Positions 19,977 to 30,752 are shown, counted from the first letter of the stretch. The stretch: 64,000 nt of DNA from Candidatus Marinacidobacterales bacterium (GCA_965237955.1 OZ250169.1:3072001-3136000); one strand, 5' to 3'. A program made the numbers and translations. Notes: a model not told the origin generated them from the sequence alone.

Positions 19977-21002
19977 GACCCACTCGTCACGACGCGATGG
20001 ATGCGCAGCTTCGATGGAAGATTTATTAAGAAAGGGGCTTGACTAGAGGAGTCCAGATATGTTGCTACGCAGCATTTGAATGCTAGTGTCAGTTGGCCTG
20101 CCTGTGTCGGCGCACGCCAAATAAGTATGTGACGTGCACACAGAGACATCCTTGAAGGTGAGGCATCGCGTGGTCAGCCCAGCCGGCATCGCAGAAAGAA
20201 CTGCGTCTCTCGAAATCAAGCTCAAACTCTAGCACGAGAACGGGTTACGTGGCAGACACCAACACTTGCTTGCGGAAGCACCGCGTCCTGTGCCAAAACT
20301 CGGCTCTTTTGAAAGACCATGGCTGTAATTTCATGCACCGTGAAGTCTTAGCGTCATTTTACCAACACTTAATGGCGGAAGCACCCATGAGGTCTGTGTG
20401 AGCAGCAGGGCTACCCGATCGAACAACGGCTGCCTGACCAACAGTAGGATTTGCACATGGTACGTCATGATGGATCCGAAGATAACACCCTCGGGCCAGA
20501 CGATTGTAAAGCCCACAGCCCTTGGCACCGTCGCAAAACACAGACGCTAAGCTGCTGATTTATCGGCTATTTCAAGAGGGCCGAGTTTTGGCACAGGACG
20601 GGGAACAGGTTTATTGGCAGACCTATTCTTAGGCCGGCCAAGGAGCCACCGCTACCCCAAATTCAACATCCGGCGGGACATTCCCGTCCATTGGTACAAC
20701 ACGCAACGACTCTTGGAGCCGATCGGAAATGTCGCCCCGGTCGAGTACGAGATGAACTACTATCGATCGCAGGAAGGCTCGCTAGAGATGGCGAGACTCA
20801 ACTAAAGCAGTCTCCGGAAAACCCGGAGCGGTTCACCCGGGGCGGTTCAGTATCAGCAGATTGGCCCGCGGTGGGAAGGGCAAGGAAGTGACGGTCGTCA
20901 AGGGGAAAACCTTGCCGCCAGGTCCGACAAAAGGGACCACCTACAAACTCGTGGACGCGACGAAGAACAAGTCCGGGAGAGGAAAATAGAGGGGTTCGGA
21001 CA

Positions 21003-21992
21003 ATGGCCACGCTCTTCGGCGACTTTCGAGTCCGTATCGATCCATGGGAAGTCGACTACGGTGACCAGACGCCGCTGCTGTCGCTCGAGGCCCGCCCTGA
21101 TGAGCAGGTAGACCACGAAGTCGAAGTGTCCGATGGGCAGTGGTCGGCGCTCACCCCCTCAGACTCCACGGCAGTGCCCGAGCGTGTCGTGTTTGTCGAT
21201 GGGGTTCGTAGGCTCGAGGCGCGAGTTCACGCTCGTCAGGGAGAAAAGTTGATCTATGGCGGCTTTGGCAGTCACGCAGTCGGCGCTGTGGAGATTCACG
21301 ATTCCAAAGCGAGCTTCGGTGAAATCCGCGTTTTTCGCACCGCTGTACTTGGATCGGGCGAGCGCCTTCCTGCGCCGGTGCAGGTGCGTGAGGACCTCGT
21401 GTATGCAGCTGAGAGTACACCGACGACCGAAGTCGATGGACCGTTGCGCCACATCCAGAAAGCGATGCGCCTCGCCGAAGCCACACTCGCGCGAGACCTC
21501 TGCCGGGACGACACCCTCGCAATCATCGATGGACCGCTCAGCTTTGAGCCAGAACGGCGCGGCTTGGCGCTCGGCTACATCAAGCGCGTGCACCAGCTCT
21601 ACCTCCCCAATAAGTTCATCCCGCTGCTGGCAACCCTCTCGGCTGGCTCGCGCACACCGATGTTCACAATCCAGAGCGCCAAGGCTGGGTTCGCGAGGTA
21701 CGCGTGGTTCCAGCGACTTGCATATCCCGGTCCCGGTGCCACGGAGCTTCACGGCATCGTACGACTCGAGGCGGCTGCGGATGTCGGCTTCGATGTCGCA
21801 CGCGGTCTCGCGAACGCCGCCACCACTTGGCTCCCAAAGACGGCACCAAAGCGTGCGAGAGATCCGAGATCGCCCCAGAATCTTCTGCCGATCGGTGCGC
21901 TCGAACAGCGGCTGCGAGTCCAGCTCGGCGATGCACGACTGATTCGGCGATGGATCCAGACACTCGTCGCAAAGGAAGCTTCTTATGGCTGA
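21003..21992 (+). CDS. nurA: NurA-family 5'-3' nuclease
   Basis: VFVDGVRR, IIDGPL, GYIK, C-terminal PQNLLPIGALE; first gene of the herA-sbcD-sbcC operon. Confidence 0.75.
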   Translation: MATLFGDFRVRIDPWEVDYGDQTPLLSLEARPDEQVDHEVEVSDGQWSALTPSDSTAVPERVVFVDGVRRLEARVHARQGEKLIYGGFGSHAVGAVEIHDSKASFGEIRVFRTAVLGSGERLPAPVQVREDLVYAAESTPTTEVDGPLRHIQKAMRLAEATLARDLCRDDTLAIIDGPLSFEPERRGLALGYIKRVHQLYLPNKFIPLLATLSAGSRTPMFTIQSAKAGFARYAWFQRLAYPGPGATELHGIVRLEAAADVGFDVARGLANAATTWLPKTAPKRARDPRSPQNLLPIGALEQRLRVQLGDARLIRRWIQTLVAKEASYG

Positions 21993-23658
21993 ACAGGACA
22001 TTGCACCAAATATCCCCGTCGGAGTTGTGCTGGGGTCGATGGACGCCGGTCCGCTCGAGTTCTGGGTCGGGGTCACGGTTGGCAGCGTCGTTCAGCTCGA
22101 TGATCTCGTGGTGGTTGAAGCGAACGTGGGTGACGGCCGGACCGTGAGCTTCTTTGGCATCGTCGACATGGTCCGTAAGCGTTACGAGGGGGCCCAGTTC
22201 GATTCCGATGCGTTCCGCGCCTCCGAAGGAACGCTCCCAGTCGAGGTGTCCTACGCCGCGCATATCCAAGTGACCCGGGTTGATCCGGAGGTCTTCGTGC
22301 CCCCTCATCCTGGCACCGACGTTCGGATTGTGCGCGGCGAACAGTTCCAGCGCGCTCTCTTCATCGATAGAATGGAGAAAAAGGTCGTCATCGGCAGTAC
22401 ACGCACCGGCGAGACGGTCTATGCAAATTTTGAGTTCCTCGATGGCACGCGCGGCGCCCACGCGTCGATAAGTGGGATCTCTGGCGTCGCCACCAAGACC
22501 AGTTATGCGACGTTCCTCCTCTACTCGCTCTTTCACTCAGACGCCCTAGGTGCGGATCGCACCAACACCCGAGCGCTCATCTTCAACGTCAAGGGCGAGG
22601 ACCTTCTCTGGCTCGACAAAGAGAACATCCACGTAGACGAGGAGCTCACCGAGAGCTATCGCAGCCTTGGGTTACCGGCAGGACCGTTCGAGAGCGTCGG
22701 CTTCTTTGCGCCGACCCGACGGCACGGCGACGTCCTCATGCCTGATGTCGGCAGCCGCCACGAAGGTGTCCGGGCCTATGCCTGGACGCTACGGGAGTTC
22801 GCCCGCGATCGTTTACTGCGCTTTGTCTTCGCAGAGGCCGAGGACGCCCGATCCCAGTTGTCGTTCCTGATCTACCGTGTCGAGCGCGCGCTCGAGCGTG
22901 CCGCCCGCGAAGGGGACAAGGACGACCCCGGAATCGACGTCGATGGAAGGCGGATACAGAGCTTCGATGATCTGCTGGACCTTCTCGACGGCACTGCGCT
23001 GGATCCGATGGCGCGTAACGCCGCGCCAGGAACGTTGGATGCCTTTCGGCGCCGCCTTCACGGCACCGCGCAACACATGGGGCACCTGGTCCGCGGCGAC
23101 CGAGAGACTGCGCGTCATCGCATCGACTGGCAAGCGAACCAGGTTACCGTCGCGGATATCCATACGCTCCACCAAACGGCACAGATGTTCGTCGTCGGTG
23201 TACTTCTTAAGCGGATGATGCATGACAAAGAGACGCAGGGCACTGCCACGCCCCTCGTCTTCGTCGTCCTCGACGAGCTCAACAAGTACGCGCCGCGGTC
23301 GGGCTGGAGCCCAATCCAAGATGTTCTCCTCGACATCGCCGAACGCGGACGCTCTCTCGGAGTCTGTCTATTCGGTGCTCAACAGACAGCGAGCGAAGTT
23401 GAACGGCGCGTAGTCGCCAACGCAGCGCTCAAGGTCGTCGGACGTCTCGATGCGGCAGAGGCGGAGCGTGGCGAGTACGGCTTCCTGACTCGGGTGGCAC
23501 GGCAACGCGCGACGATGCTGTCGCCAGGCACGATGATCGTCACACAGCCGGAACTGCCAACCCCGGTTCTGCTGAAGTTCCCGTTCCCCTCGTGGGCGAC
23601 GCGACAGAGCGAGGTCAAGAACCCGGGTGGAGACGATGATCCCTTTGCCCGTACCTGA
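21985..23658 (+). CDS. herA: HerA-family ATPase/DNA translocase
   Basis: N-terminal HAS-barrel-like region, variant Walker A GISGVATKT, Walker B VVLDELNKYAP, ERGRSLG..LFGAQQ. Confidence 0.85.
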   Translation: MAEQDIAPNIPVGVVLGSMDAGPLEFWVGVTVGSVVQLDDLVVVEANVGDGRTVSFFGIVDMVRKRYEGAQFDSDAFRASEGTLPVEVSYAAHIQVTRVDPEVFVPPHPGTDVRIVRGEQFQRALFIDRMEKKVVIGSTRTGETVYANFEFLDGTRGAHASISGISGVATKTSYATFLLYSLFHSDALGADRTNTRALIFNVKGEDLLWLDKENIHVDEELTESYRSLGLPAGPFESVGFFAPTRRHGDVLMPDVGSRHEGVRAYAWTLREFARDRLLRFVFAEAEDARSQLSFLIYRVERALERAAREGDKDDPGIDVDGRRIQSFDDLLDLLDGTALDPMARNAAPGTLDAFRRRLHGTAQHMGHLVRGDRETARHRIDWQANQVTVADIHTLHQTAQMFVVGVLLKRMMHDKETQGTATPLVFVVLDELNKYAPRSGWSPIQDVLLDIAERGRSLGVCLFGAQQTASEVERRVVANAALKVVGRLDAAEAERGEYGFLTRVARQRATMLSPGTMIVTQPELPTPVLLKFPFPSWATRQSEVKNPGGDDDPFART

Positions 23659-23669
23659 GGAGTAACCCC

Positions 23670-24827
23670 GTGAAGATCGTGCACACAAGCGATTGGCACG
23701 TTGGGCGACGCTGGAAAGGCATCCAACGCATGGACGAAATGGAGGCCATCCTGGGGCAACTCGCGGATTTCATCGAGAAGGAGTCCGTCGATCTTGTCCT
23801 GCACACCGGTGACATCTTCGACAGCAGGAACCCACCGGCTGACGCCGAGCGTCTCGTCAACGAGTTCTTCGTTCGGATGGGCAAGGCGGGCGCCCATATG
23901 GTGTTGATCGCTGGAAACCACGATGATCCTCACCGGCTTGATGCGCGGGCACTATTGGCTGAGTTCACCAACGTGCAGATACTTGGACGGCCACGCCCAG
24001 CCAGCCGAGGCGGGGCGCGTACGATCGAGACCCGCAGCGGAGAGAGCGCGGTGGTGGCAGCGCTTCCCTTTGCCTCCGCTGGTGCATGGGTGTCAGCACT
24101 GGACCTCGCCGGCGACGAGGCGACGGCGCGCAGCAAGTACGCACGGATGTTCCAGCTCGCTGTCGAGAACCTCTGCGGCAGTTTCAGCGGCGACGCGGTC
24201 AACCTACTGATGGCGCACACCCACCTCGAAGGGGCCGTCTTCAGTGAGTCGGAGCGGCGTGTCCATGTCGCCGAAGACTGGGCGGCCACGCCGCAGACGC
24301 TTCCGTCGACGGCGGCCTATATCGCGCTGGGCCACATCCACAAGCCGCAGAAGGTGGCAGGGTCCCTGCCCGCGTACTACGCAGGCTCGCCATTGCAGCT
24401 CGATTTCGGAGAGGTCGGTCAAGAGAAATCCTTCGTCGTCGTCAATGCGACGCCAGGACGCCCCGCGCAGGTGGAACACTTGGCCTACGAAGGTGGTCGG
24501 CCGCTGCACGATGTCCATGCGACGCTGGCGGAGCTGGAGACTGAGGCGGACAAGCTCGGCAACGGATGCTGGTTGCGCGTCACGGTTCCGCTGACGGAGA
24601 AGGACCCGGACATCAGCCGCAAGGTGCGGGAGATCTTGCCGAACGCGCTGATCGTCAAGGTAGAGCTGCCGGGGACCAATGATGCTTCCGTCGAGCGGCT
24701 CCCAGCGAGCGCGTCTGTTCCCGAGCACTACAGCGCCTACCACCGAAAAGAGCACGACCGCGATCCTGATCCCACCGTCCTCGAAACGTTCCAACAGCTC
24801 TACGAGCAAAAGTCCGAGGAGGCCTGA
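23670..24827 (+). CDS. sbcD: SbcD/Mre11 nuclease
   Basis: HTSDWH, GDIFD, GNHD, AH, LGHIH phosphoesterase motifs. Confidence 0.92.
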   Translation: MKIVHTSDWHVGRRWKGIQRMDEMEAILGQLADFIEKESVDLVLHTGDIFDSRNPPADAERLVNEFFVRMGKAGAHMVLIAGNHDDPHRLDARALLAEFTNVQILGRPRPASRGGARTIETRSGESAVVAALPFASAGAWVSALDLAGDEATARSKYARMFQLAVENLCGSFSGDAVNLLMAHTHLEGAVFSESERRVHVAEDWAATPQTLPSTAAYIALGHIHKPQKVAGSLPAYYAGSPLQLDFGEVGQEKSFVVVNATPGRPAQVEHLAYEGGRPLHDVHATLAELETEADKLGNGCWLRVTVPLTEKDPDISRKVREILPNALIVKVELPGTNDASVERLPASASVPEHYSAYHRKEHDRDPDPTVLETFQQLYEQKSEEA

Positions 24828-24830
24828 GCG

Positions 24831-27800
24831 ATGCGCCCGATCTATCTCAGCGTCGAGGGCCTCGCGTGCTTCAAGGAAAAGCAGGAGATCGACTTCTCCG
24901 AGCTCGATCTTTTCGCGATCTCGGGTCCGACCGGGGCGGGCAAGTCCACGCTCCTTGATGCGATGTTGTTCGCGCTGTACGGCATCATCCCCCGCGTAGG
25001 AAAACAGGACCTCAAGGAGATGATCTCGGCAGCTCGGGACAGGGTAAGCGTCTTGTTCAAGTTCGATGTCGGCGATGAGCGGTTCCGGATCACCCGCACG
25101 TTGCGCAGGAAGGGACCGGCGACTGTTCGCCTGGAGAAGCACGACGGGGAGGACTTCAGCGAGAACGTCGCCGATCAGGTCCGGACGGCCGGTGACGAAG
25201 TCACGCGTATCCTTGGCCTCGCTGGTGATGCGTTTACTCAGGCTGTTGTGCTACCCCAGGGGCAGTTCGCCAGATTCCTCCAGGCCGTTCCTCGCGAGCG
25301 GCGCGGCATGCTTCGTACGCTGCTGCGCCTCGAAGTCTACGAGCGCATGCGGGATGAGGCCCAGCGTGTCTCCAGCACTAAGAAGACCGCCCGTGATTCC
25401 GCCCAGAAGCTATTGAGCAACGAGTACGATGGCGTCACCGACAAAGCACTCGCTGCACTCGAAGCGGAGTGGAAGCTGGTTGGCGAGAAGCTCGAAGAGC
25501 TGCGAAAGGAACGCGACGCTGCCCAGGAGCAGCTCACCAAGCTTCGCGCTCTGCACGCGAAGACCGATGAGCTCGGACAGAAAGAGGAGCGACTGGAAGA
25601 GTTGAACCAAGCGGCTGCTGAGATTGGCACGGCGAAGGCGGAGCTTGAGGCGGCAGGGCGGGCAGCGTCCCTCGTCGCGGTGCTCGAAGAGGCGACCCGT
25701 GCTGCGGACTACGCCAAGCAGGCCCGTGCTGAAGCCGATCAGGCAAGGATCGACCACGAAGGTGCGGTCAAGGCTCACAGTGGGAAGGAAGAGCTACTAC
25801 AAAAGGCCAACGCCGCGGCGGCCGAAGTCGCCCCGACACGGGAGAAGGTCGCAAGGCTCAACCAGATCCTCGGCCGCCTGCCTGAGCGCAACCGCCTGGC
25901 CGAAACCATCGAGCGGCAGCGGACCGATGTCGACACGATGAAGGCGAAGGTGGCTGGTCTGCGGCAAGACCTCGATGGTTTGAGCGAGACGCAGCGCGCG
26001 CAGCTCACGACCACAGAGGCGGCGCGCACGACGCTCGAAGGTATCAGCTACGACGCGGACCTGGATGTCTCTCTGGAGAAGGTCCGTGACCTCGCAGCCA
26101 AGCTCTCGGTCGCCCGCGAGGGGCTGAAAACGGCTACAGATGAGAAGGCGAAACGGCAGAAGGCAATGGCCGAACTCATCGGCCGCATCGAGTTCCTCGA
26201 GCGCGAGGCGAAGGGTGCGAGCCAGGTCGAGGCCGAGGCTCAAAAGGCGGCAGACGCAGCGGACCAGGCAGTTCACGACGCCCATCGCATGGATGAAGCG
26301 AACCACCTGCGCGAATCCCTGGCAGCCGGGGAATTGTGTCCGGTCTGCGATCAGGTTGTGAAGGATCCGCCGCCGGCTGACCTGCGTCCCGAAGTCGAGA
26401 AAGCGAAGACCAGCCGCGAAGAGACCGCCTTCAAGCTCAAGAATGCCCAGAAGAAGGCCCGAGAGAAGCACGAGGTTCTAACACGAGAGCAAGGAAACGC
26501 CGACGCTGCCCAACGCGCACGCGACGAAGCTAACGCTGCCCACAAGAACGCGCTGGAAGCGGTTGCCGGACAGGAAGTTGATATACGGACTCGCCTCGAT
26601 GGCCGCGGCCCGAAGGGCGATCAAGGCATCGAAGTGTGGGTTGAGGAGCACGTCCGGGCATCATCCAACGCGCGAAAAGCCTACGAAGCGGCGAAGCAGA
26701 AGCTCGAACGGGCGGAGCGCAATCTCACCAAGGCAAAGGAGACCGAGAAGGCGACGAAGGAGAAGATCGACGAAACGAACATGGCACTGCGCAAGCTCGA
26801 GGGGGAGCTGAAGGACAACGAGCGTTGCTTGGAGGCGCTTCAGAAAAAGATCAGCGAGGTCACACACTCGCCGGATCCGGAAGCAGAGCGCGATGGCCTG
26901 GTCGGCAAGATTACAGACCTCGAGTCCGAGCAGAAATGCGCCGCCGAGGCAGTGGCGAACACCAAGAACCAGCTCACGGCGGCGGAGCAAGCTCTGAAGC
27001 TGAAGACGAAGGCAGCAAAGGAAGCCGAAGAGGGCGCAGTGCAGCGGCAAAAGACACGTGATGAACGCGTCGCTCAGGCTGGCTTCCAGAACGCGCGTGC
27101 CATCGAAGAAGCCGTGCGTAACGATGAGGTCCAGGCTGATCTTCGCGAAAAGATGCAGGCCCACGAGCGCGAGCTGCACACGGTCGAACAGCGCATCAAC
27201 ACCCTCAAGAAAGAGCTGGGCACCGAGCGGGTTTCGAAGGACCAGCTTGAGAACGCCAGCAAGCGAGCCACCGATCTCAGCGAGGAGGTCGAGACGGTCG
27301 TCGGGCGCGGCAAGAAGTTGGAGCACCAAGTCGAGAGCATGAAGCAGCGCCTCAAACGGTCAAAGGAGCTACGCGAGGAGCTTCAAGCGGAGGAGGAGGG
27401 CTATCGGTTGTACAACCACCTCGCAGCGGATCTGCGCAGCGACAAGTTCCAGGCCTATGTCCTCGAGGAGGCGTTCACGGAGCTCGTTCGGGGCGCTTCG
27501 ACCCGCCTGCTTGTCCTGACACGGGAGCGCTACTCGCTGGAGTTCGCCGAGGATCAGATCGTCGTTGTCGACCACGACAATGCCGGCGAGACCAGGATCA
27601 GCGACACCCTGAGCGGCGGTGAGACCTTTCTGACCTCTCTGTCCCTCGCGCTCGAACTTAGCGAGCAGGTCCAGCGCGCCGCGGGAGCCGTGAACCTGGA
27701 TAGCCTCTTCATCGATGAGGGCTTCGGCACGCTCGATCCGGACACCTTGGCCGTCGTGTCGGAGACGATACAGAGCCTTCAGGTGGGCGGGCGAATGGTC

Positions 27801-27908
27801 GGCATCATCACGCACATCCCGGAGCTCCGGGATGAGTTCTCGCAGCAGATCCTTGTGACGAAGCATGAGGGCTACTCGACGGTTGAGGTCCGGCCCCGGT
27901 CGACGTAG
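24831..27908 (+). CDS. sbcC: SbcC/Rad50 SMC-family ATPase
   Basis: GPTGAGKST, LPQGQF Q-loop, coiled coil with CPVC zinc hook, LSGGE, LFIDEGFGTLD, ITH. Confidence 0.93.
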   Translation: MRPIYLSVEGLACFKEKQEIDFSELDLFAISGPTGAGKSTLLDAMLFALYGIIPRVGKQDLKEMISAARDRVSVLFKFDVGDERFRITRTLRRKGPATVRLEKHDGEDFSENVADQVRTAGDEVTRILGLAGDAFTQAVVLPQGQFARFLQAVPRERRGMLRTLLRLEVYERMRDEAQRVSSTKKTARDSAQKLLSNEYDGVTDKALAALEAEWKLVGEKLEELRKERDAAQEQLTKLRALHAKTDELGQKEERLEELNQAAAEIGTAKAELEAAGRAASLVAVLEEATRAADYAKQARAEADQARIDHEGAVKAHSGKEELLQKANAAAAEVAPTREKVARLNQILGRLPERNRLAETIERQRTDVDTMKAKVAGLRQDLDGLSETQRAQLTTTEAARTTLEGISYDADLDVSLEKVRDLAAKLSVAREGLKTATDEKAKRQKAMAELIGRIEFLEREAKGASQVEAEAQKAADAADQAVHDAHRMDEANHLRESLAAGELCPVCDQVVKDPPPADLRPEVEKAKTSREETAFKLKNAQKKAREKHEVLTREQGNADAAQRARDEANAAHKNALEAVAGQEVDIRTRLDGRGPKGDQGIEVWVEEHVRASSNARKAYEAAKQKLERAERNLTKAKETEKATKEKIDETNMALRKLEGELKDNERCLEALQKKISEVTHSPDPEAERDGLVGKITDLESEQKCAAEAVANTKNQLTAAEQALKLKTKAAKEAEEGAVQRQKTRDERVAQAGFQNARAIEEAVRNDEVQADLREKMQAHERELHTVEQRINTLKKELGTERVSKDQLENASKRATDLSEEVETVVGRGKKLEHQVESMKQRLKRSKELREELQAEEEGYRLYNHLAADLRSDKFQAYVLEEAFTELVRGASTRLLVLTRERYSLEFAEDQIVVVDHDNAGETRISDTLSGGETFLTSLSLALELSEQVQRAAGAVNLDSLFIDEGFGTLDPDTLAVVSETIQSLQVGGRMVGIITHIPELRDEFSQQILVTKHEGYSTVEVRPRST

Positions 27909-27975
27909 CGTGCTCGGCCATGGCGTCGTCTCGTACCATGTGTTCCTTTCCCTCTTGGGTGGGTCGCAATACGCA

Positions 27976-28558
27976 TGGGCTTGATCCGGTTTCGTGGACA
28001 CTTTCTGAAAGGCGGATACGATGTCCACAATGGCAAAGGCAACGCAGCCCCGGCGACCCCGCCGGGAGTTTGATGACGAGTTTAAGGCAGGCGCGGTCCG
28101 GCTGGTGCTTGATGAGGGCCAGAGCGTGGGTCGGGTGGCCCGGGAGCTTGACCTCACCGAATCGGCGTTTCGCAACTGGGTCCGTCAGGCCCGGGCCGAT
28201 CGGACGAAGGGCCGGACGGGCTTGACGGGCGTGGAACGCGAGGAGCTTCGGCGGCTCCGCAAAGAGAATCGGCGGTTGCGGGTGGAGCGCGACGTGTTAA
28301 AAAAAGCCGCGGCCTTCTTCGCGAAGGAGAGCGAGTAAGATTCGCGTTCATCCAGGCGGAGAAGGCCACCGTACCGGTCGCTCACCTGTGTCAGATTCTC
28401 AACATCTCTCGGAGTGGCTTTTATGCCTGGGTACGTCGGCCGCCGTCGGCCCACGCGCGCCGGGACCGCCAGTTGCGCGTGTTGATTCGTGCCTCCCATG
28501 AGGCGAGTCGCCGCACCTATGGGAGTCCGCGGATTCATCACGACCTGCACGAGCAGGG
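27976..28558 (+). mobile_element. IS3-family element, truncated (orfA 28021-28338 plus start of orfB)
   Basis: Left IR TGGGCTTGATCCGG...GGACA; orfA RREFDDEFK...LKKAAAFFAKE; A6G frameshift motif ~28299; cut by an rve-IS end at 28559. Confidence 0.85.
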
Positions 28559-28834
28559 CGTCGTGTCCAAAAACACAAACGAACTCAAGATCGGCGCGCC
28601 GAGGCCATTTCGATCGTCATCAACCCGTGGCGTGCCCCAGATCTGGGGGTCGGAGGCGATGTCGGCGATTCCAGTTCCTCGTACGCGCAGGGAAAACACC
28701 GTTCAGCAAGGGGATGCCACGCTCCCGAGCGGAAACCTGGGTCCAGGCCCGGGCCGCACCTGGACCAGAATGTGCTAGCCCCGTTGCGCCACGGTAGCCC
28801 CGGCCTCGATTCTAGGTCCTCTAGAGATACGCCG

Positions 28835-29000
28835 GGTGCTTGCGCTGTTTACTGTTGGTGATGTGTACGCATCCCTTTGCAAAAGAGGCGCTTACGCTCC
28901 ATTTAGCGCGCAGCGAAGGTCACGAGCGCTATTTTTTCTGTAACTTAATGCACCGTAAAGTCTTAGCGTCATCTCACCAACACTTGATGACGGAAGCACC
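28835..29000. mobile_element. 166-bp IS1-type MITE, copy 2
   Basis: Near-identical to 8436-8601. Confidence 0.85.
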
Positions 29001-29052
29001 GACCGGAGACTAATCAAGTTCGATGCGCGCGGATGAATAAATAGAAGGCACA

Positions 29053-29222
29053 CCCCTCGTGGGATAGGTGTTGGCGAAGAAACGGGCCGGATCAAGATAT
29101 TCAGCATTGCCCGTGCCAATGACGACCTGGGCCAGGTCCGCAGCAAAGTCGGCCGCGGTAATCGCTCCCTTGAGAACATCCGCGCGTGGCCGACATGTCT
29201 CAAATATCGTTGGAATGGTCAT
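29053..29222 (-). pseudogene. DUF499-family ATPase N-terminal remnant
   Basis: TIFETCRPRADVL.G....DFAADLAQV......EY.DP..FF..TYPT.G; preceded (ATGA overlap) by an excisionase-like HTH C-terminus KVGGSWRFRKSEIDQW at ~29219-29327. Confidence 0.7.
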
Positions 29223-29515
29223 TGCTTCCGCTCCACCGGCTCTCCCGTGTCATCCGGCCAGGCCGCGTTCCCTGCTGCCCACTGGTCGATCTCGCTTTTT
29301 CTGAACCGCCAGGAACCACCAACCTTTAGCTGCTGGCGGTTGACCCAGCCAGAACGAGCAGTAGGAATTGCACGTGGTACGTCATCATGGAACTGAAGAT
29401 AACACCCTCGGCCAGACGATTGTAAAGCCTACGGCCCTTGGCCCGGTCGCAAACACAGACACTAAGCTGCTGATTTATGGTCTATTTCAAAAGGGCCGAG
29501 TTTTGGCACAGGACG

Positions 29516-30156
29516 GGGTCGCCTACGAGCGTATCGCCAACCCCCTGGGTTGGCGTACCGGTGTACGTGAGATTCCACTCGATGTCTTCGATCGTATCCT
29601 GAGGGCAGCTCGCAGCAGACCTCCCGCCCCTCCGACTCCGCAATCCAACACCTTGAGGGCAACACTCATTGTCGAGGACGATCCAACTCGTCTGTTCCTG
29701 CGAAGGCCCCGTTCCGGGCGGCTTCGTACCACCTCTGCCGGCACTCGCAAGTCTGACCGCTCTCGGGAAGTTGGCGATTGGGCGGAAGAACGCGTCTTGG
29801 AGCACCTTCGGAAGACGCTCTCCAGCGGTGGTAGGGACTCGCTCCGCTGGGTAGCACAGGAAGGCGAAACTCCAGGTTGGGACATCAGCTACGAAGACGA
29901 CGATGGCCAACTCATCGCAGTCGAGGTCAAAGGTACAACGCTCTCCCGATTTTCTTCTTTGGAGATGACGAGCAACGAGTGGAGTGCCGCTGAAAGGATG
30001 GGCTCCCGTTACGTGCTCGCGCTCGTGGTAAGGGCTGCAAGCAGCAAGGCCAGCCTCGCACTCATGCAAAACCCGTTCTCCGCAAAGGAACGTGGCCTTC
30101 TGGCTGTTGAACCTCTCAGCTGGCGCCTGCGGATGATGGATAGCGATGAAACCTGA
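29516..30156 (+). pseudogene. DUF3883/NOV-C PD-(D/E)xK nuclease-domain protein, 5'-truncated
   Basis: GDWAEERV, PGWDISY, VEVKGT, MTSNEW; begins exactly at a 54-bp repeat end. Confidence 0.75.
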
Positions 30157-30656
30157 GTTTCAGCAGGACGCCAATTGGAACCTGGCCCTGACAGCACTGC
30201 CCATTCTCGAAGCACCCCGTCCTGTGCCAAAACTCGGCCCTTTCGAAATAGATCATAAATCAGCAGCTTAGCGACTGGGCCAAGGGCCCCTTGGCTTTAC
30301 AGTTACCCCACCCGCGGTCGACCTTCGAGAGCCGCGCCGTTTCACCGGACGGCAGAGGACGGCGAGCTGCTGCCGAAGAGCGACATTGTCAAGAGCCAGT
30401 TCGCGACGAGCCTTGAAGGCGGAGATGAGCGCGCGAACAAACGGCGAAATCAAGCAGGTATGGCGAGAGGCGCGCGCGCTCCAGGGTTTCGAGACGCTGG
30501 TCGATCTTCCCGAAGGCGATCTCGACCGTGCGCGGGCGGGAATCCATGCTGCGCAGGTCCGTTCCAAGTCACTGTAAGCGGCCGTTGAGGTCGTCGATCC
30601 GGGCGTTCAAGCTGGCGTTGACGCCCGCGATCTGTGCTGACAGCAGCCCGGTCACC

Positions 30657-30752
30657 TGTGCTCCGCAAAAAGTCGATCCGGCGTTGATTGCGCGGGTTAG
30701 ACCTACCATAGTCGGCTGCTTTTGGCCGGTTTTCTTTTTTGCGGGTCACAAC
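30657..30752. mobile_element. ~96-bp MITE copy
   Basis: Reverse copy of 17971-18066. Confidence 0.8.

Larger units (their letters stand above)
18637..20061 (+). mobile_element. IS110 family, IS1111 group element
   Basis: Subterminal IRs TGGACTCCTC (18643-18652) / GAGGAGTCCA (20046-20055); TG core at both junctions (18635-36, 20060-61); long 3' non-coding region. Confidence 0.88.
18617..20282 (-). mobile_element. Internally deleted IS1-family derivative, split by the IS1111 insertion
   Basis: IR GGTGCTTACGCCATCAAGTG at 18617-18636 resumes TTGCTACGC at 20062; 20225-20282 is a diverged reverse complement of the IS1 left end 14457-14515. Confidence 0.75.

Noticed and set aside
20039-20061. Circle-junction promoter of the IS1111 (TTGACT ... 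TATGAT)
   Set aside because: Both hexamers form at the predicted junction but are only 13 bp apart, so a sigma70 promoter cannot be supported.
29368-29515. ORF segments reading KLLIYGLFQKGRVLAQDG, PVLCQNSALLK or RPVPKLGPFEIDHKS in many predicted proteins
   Set aside because: These are translations of the 54-bp repeat in different frames, not a shared protein domain.
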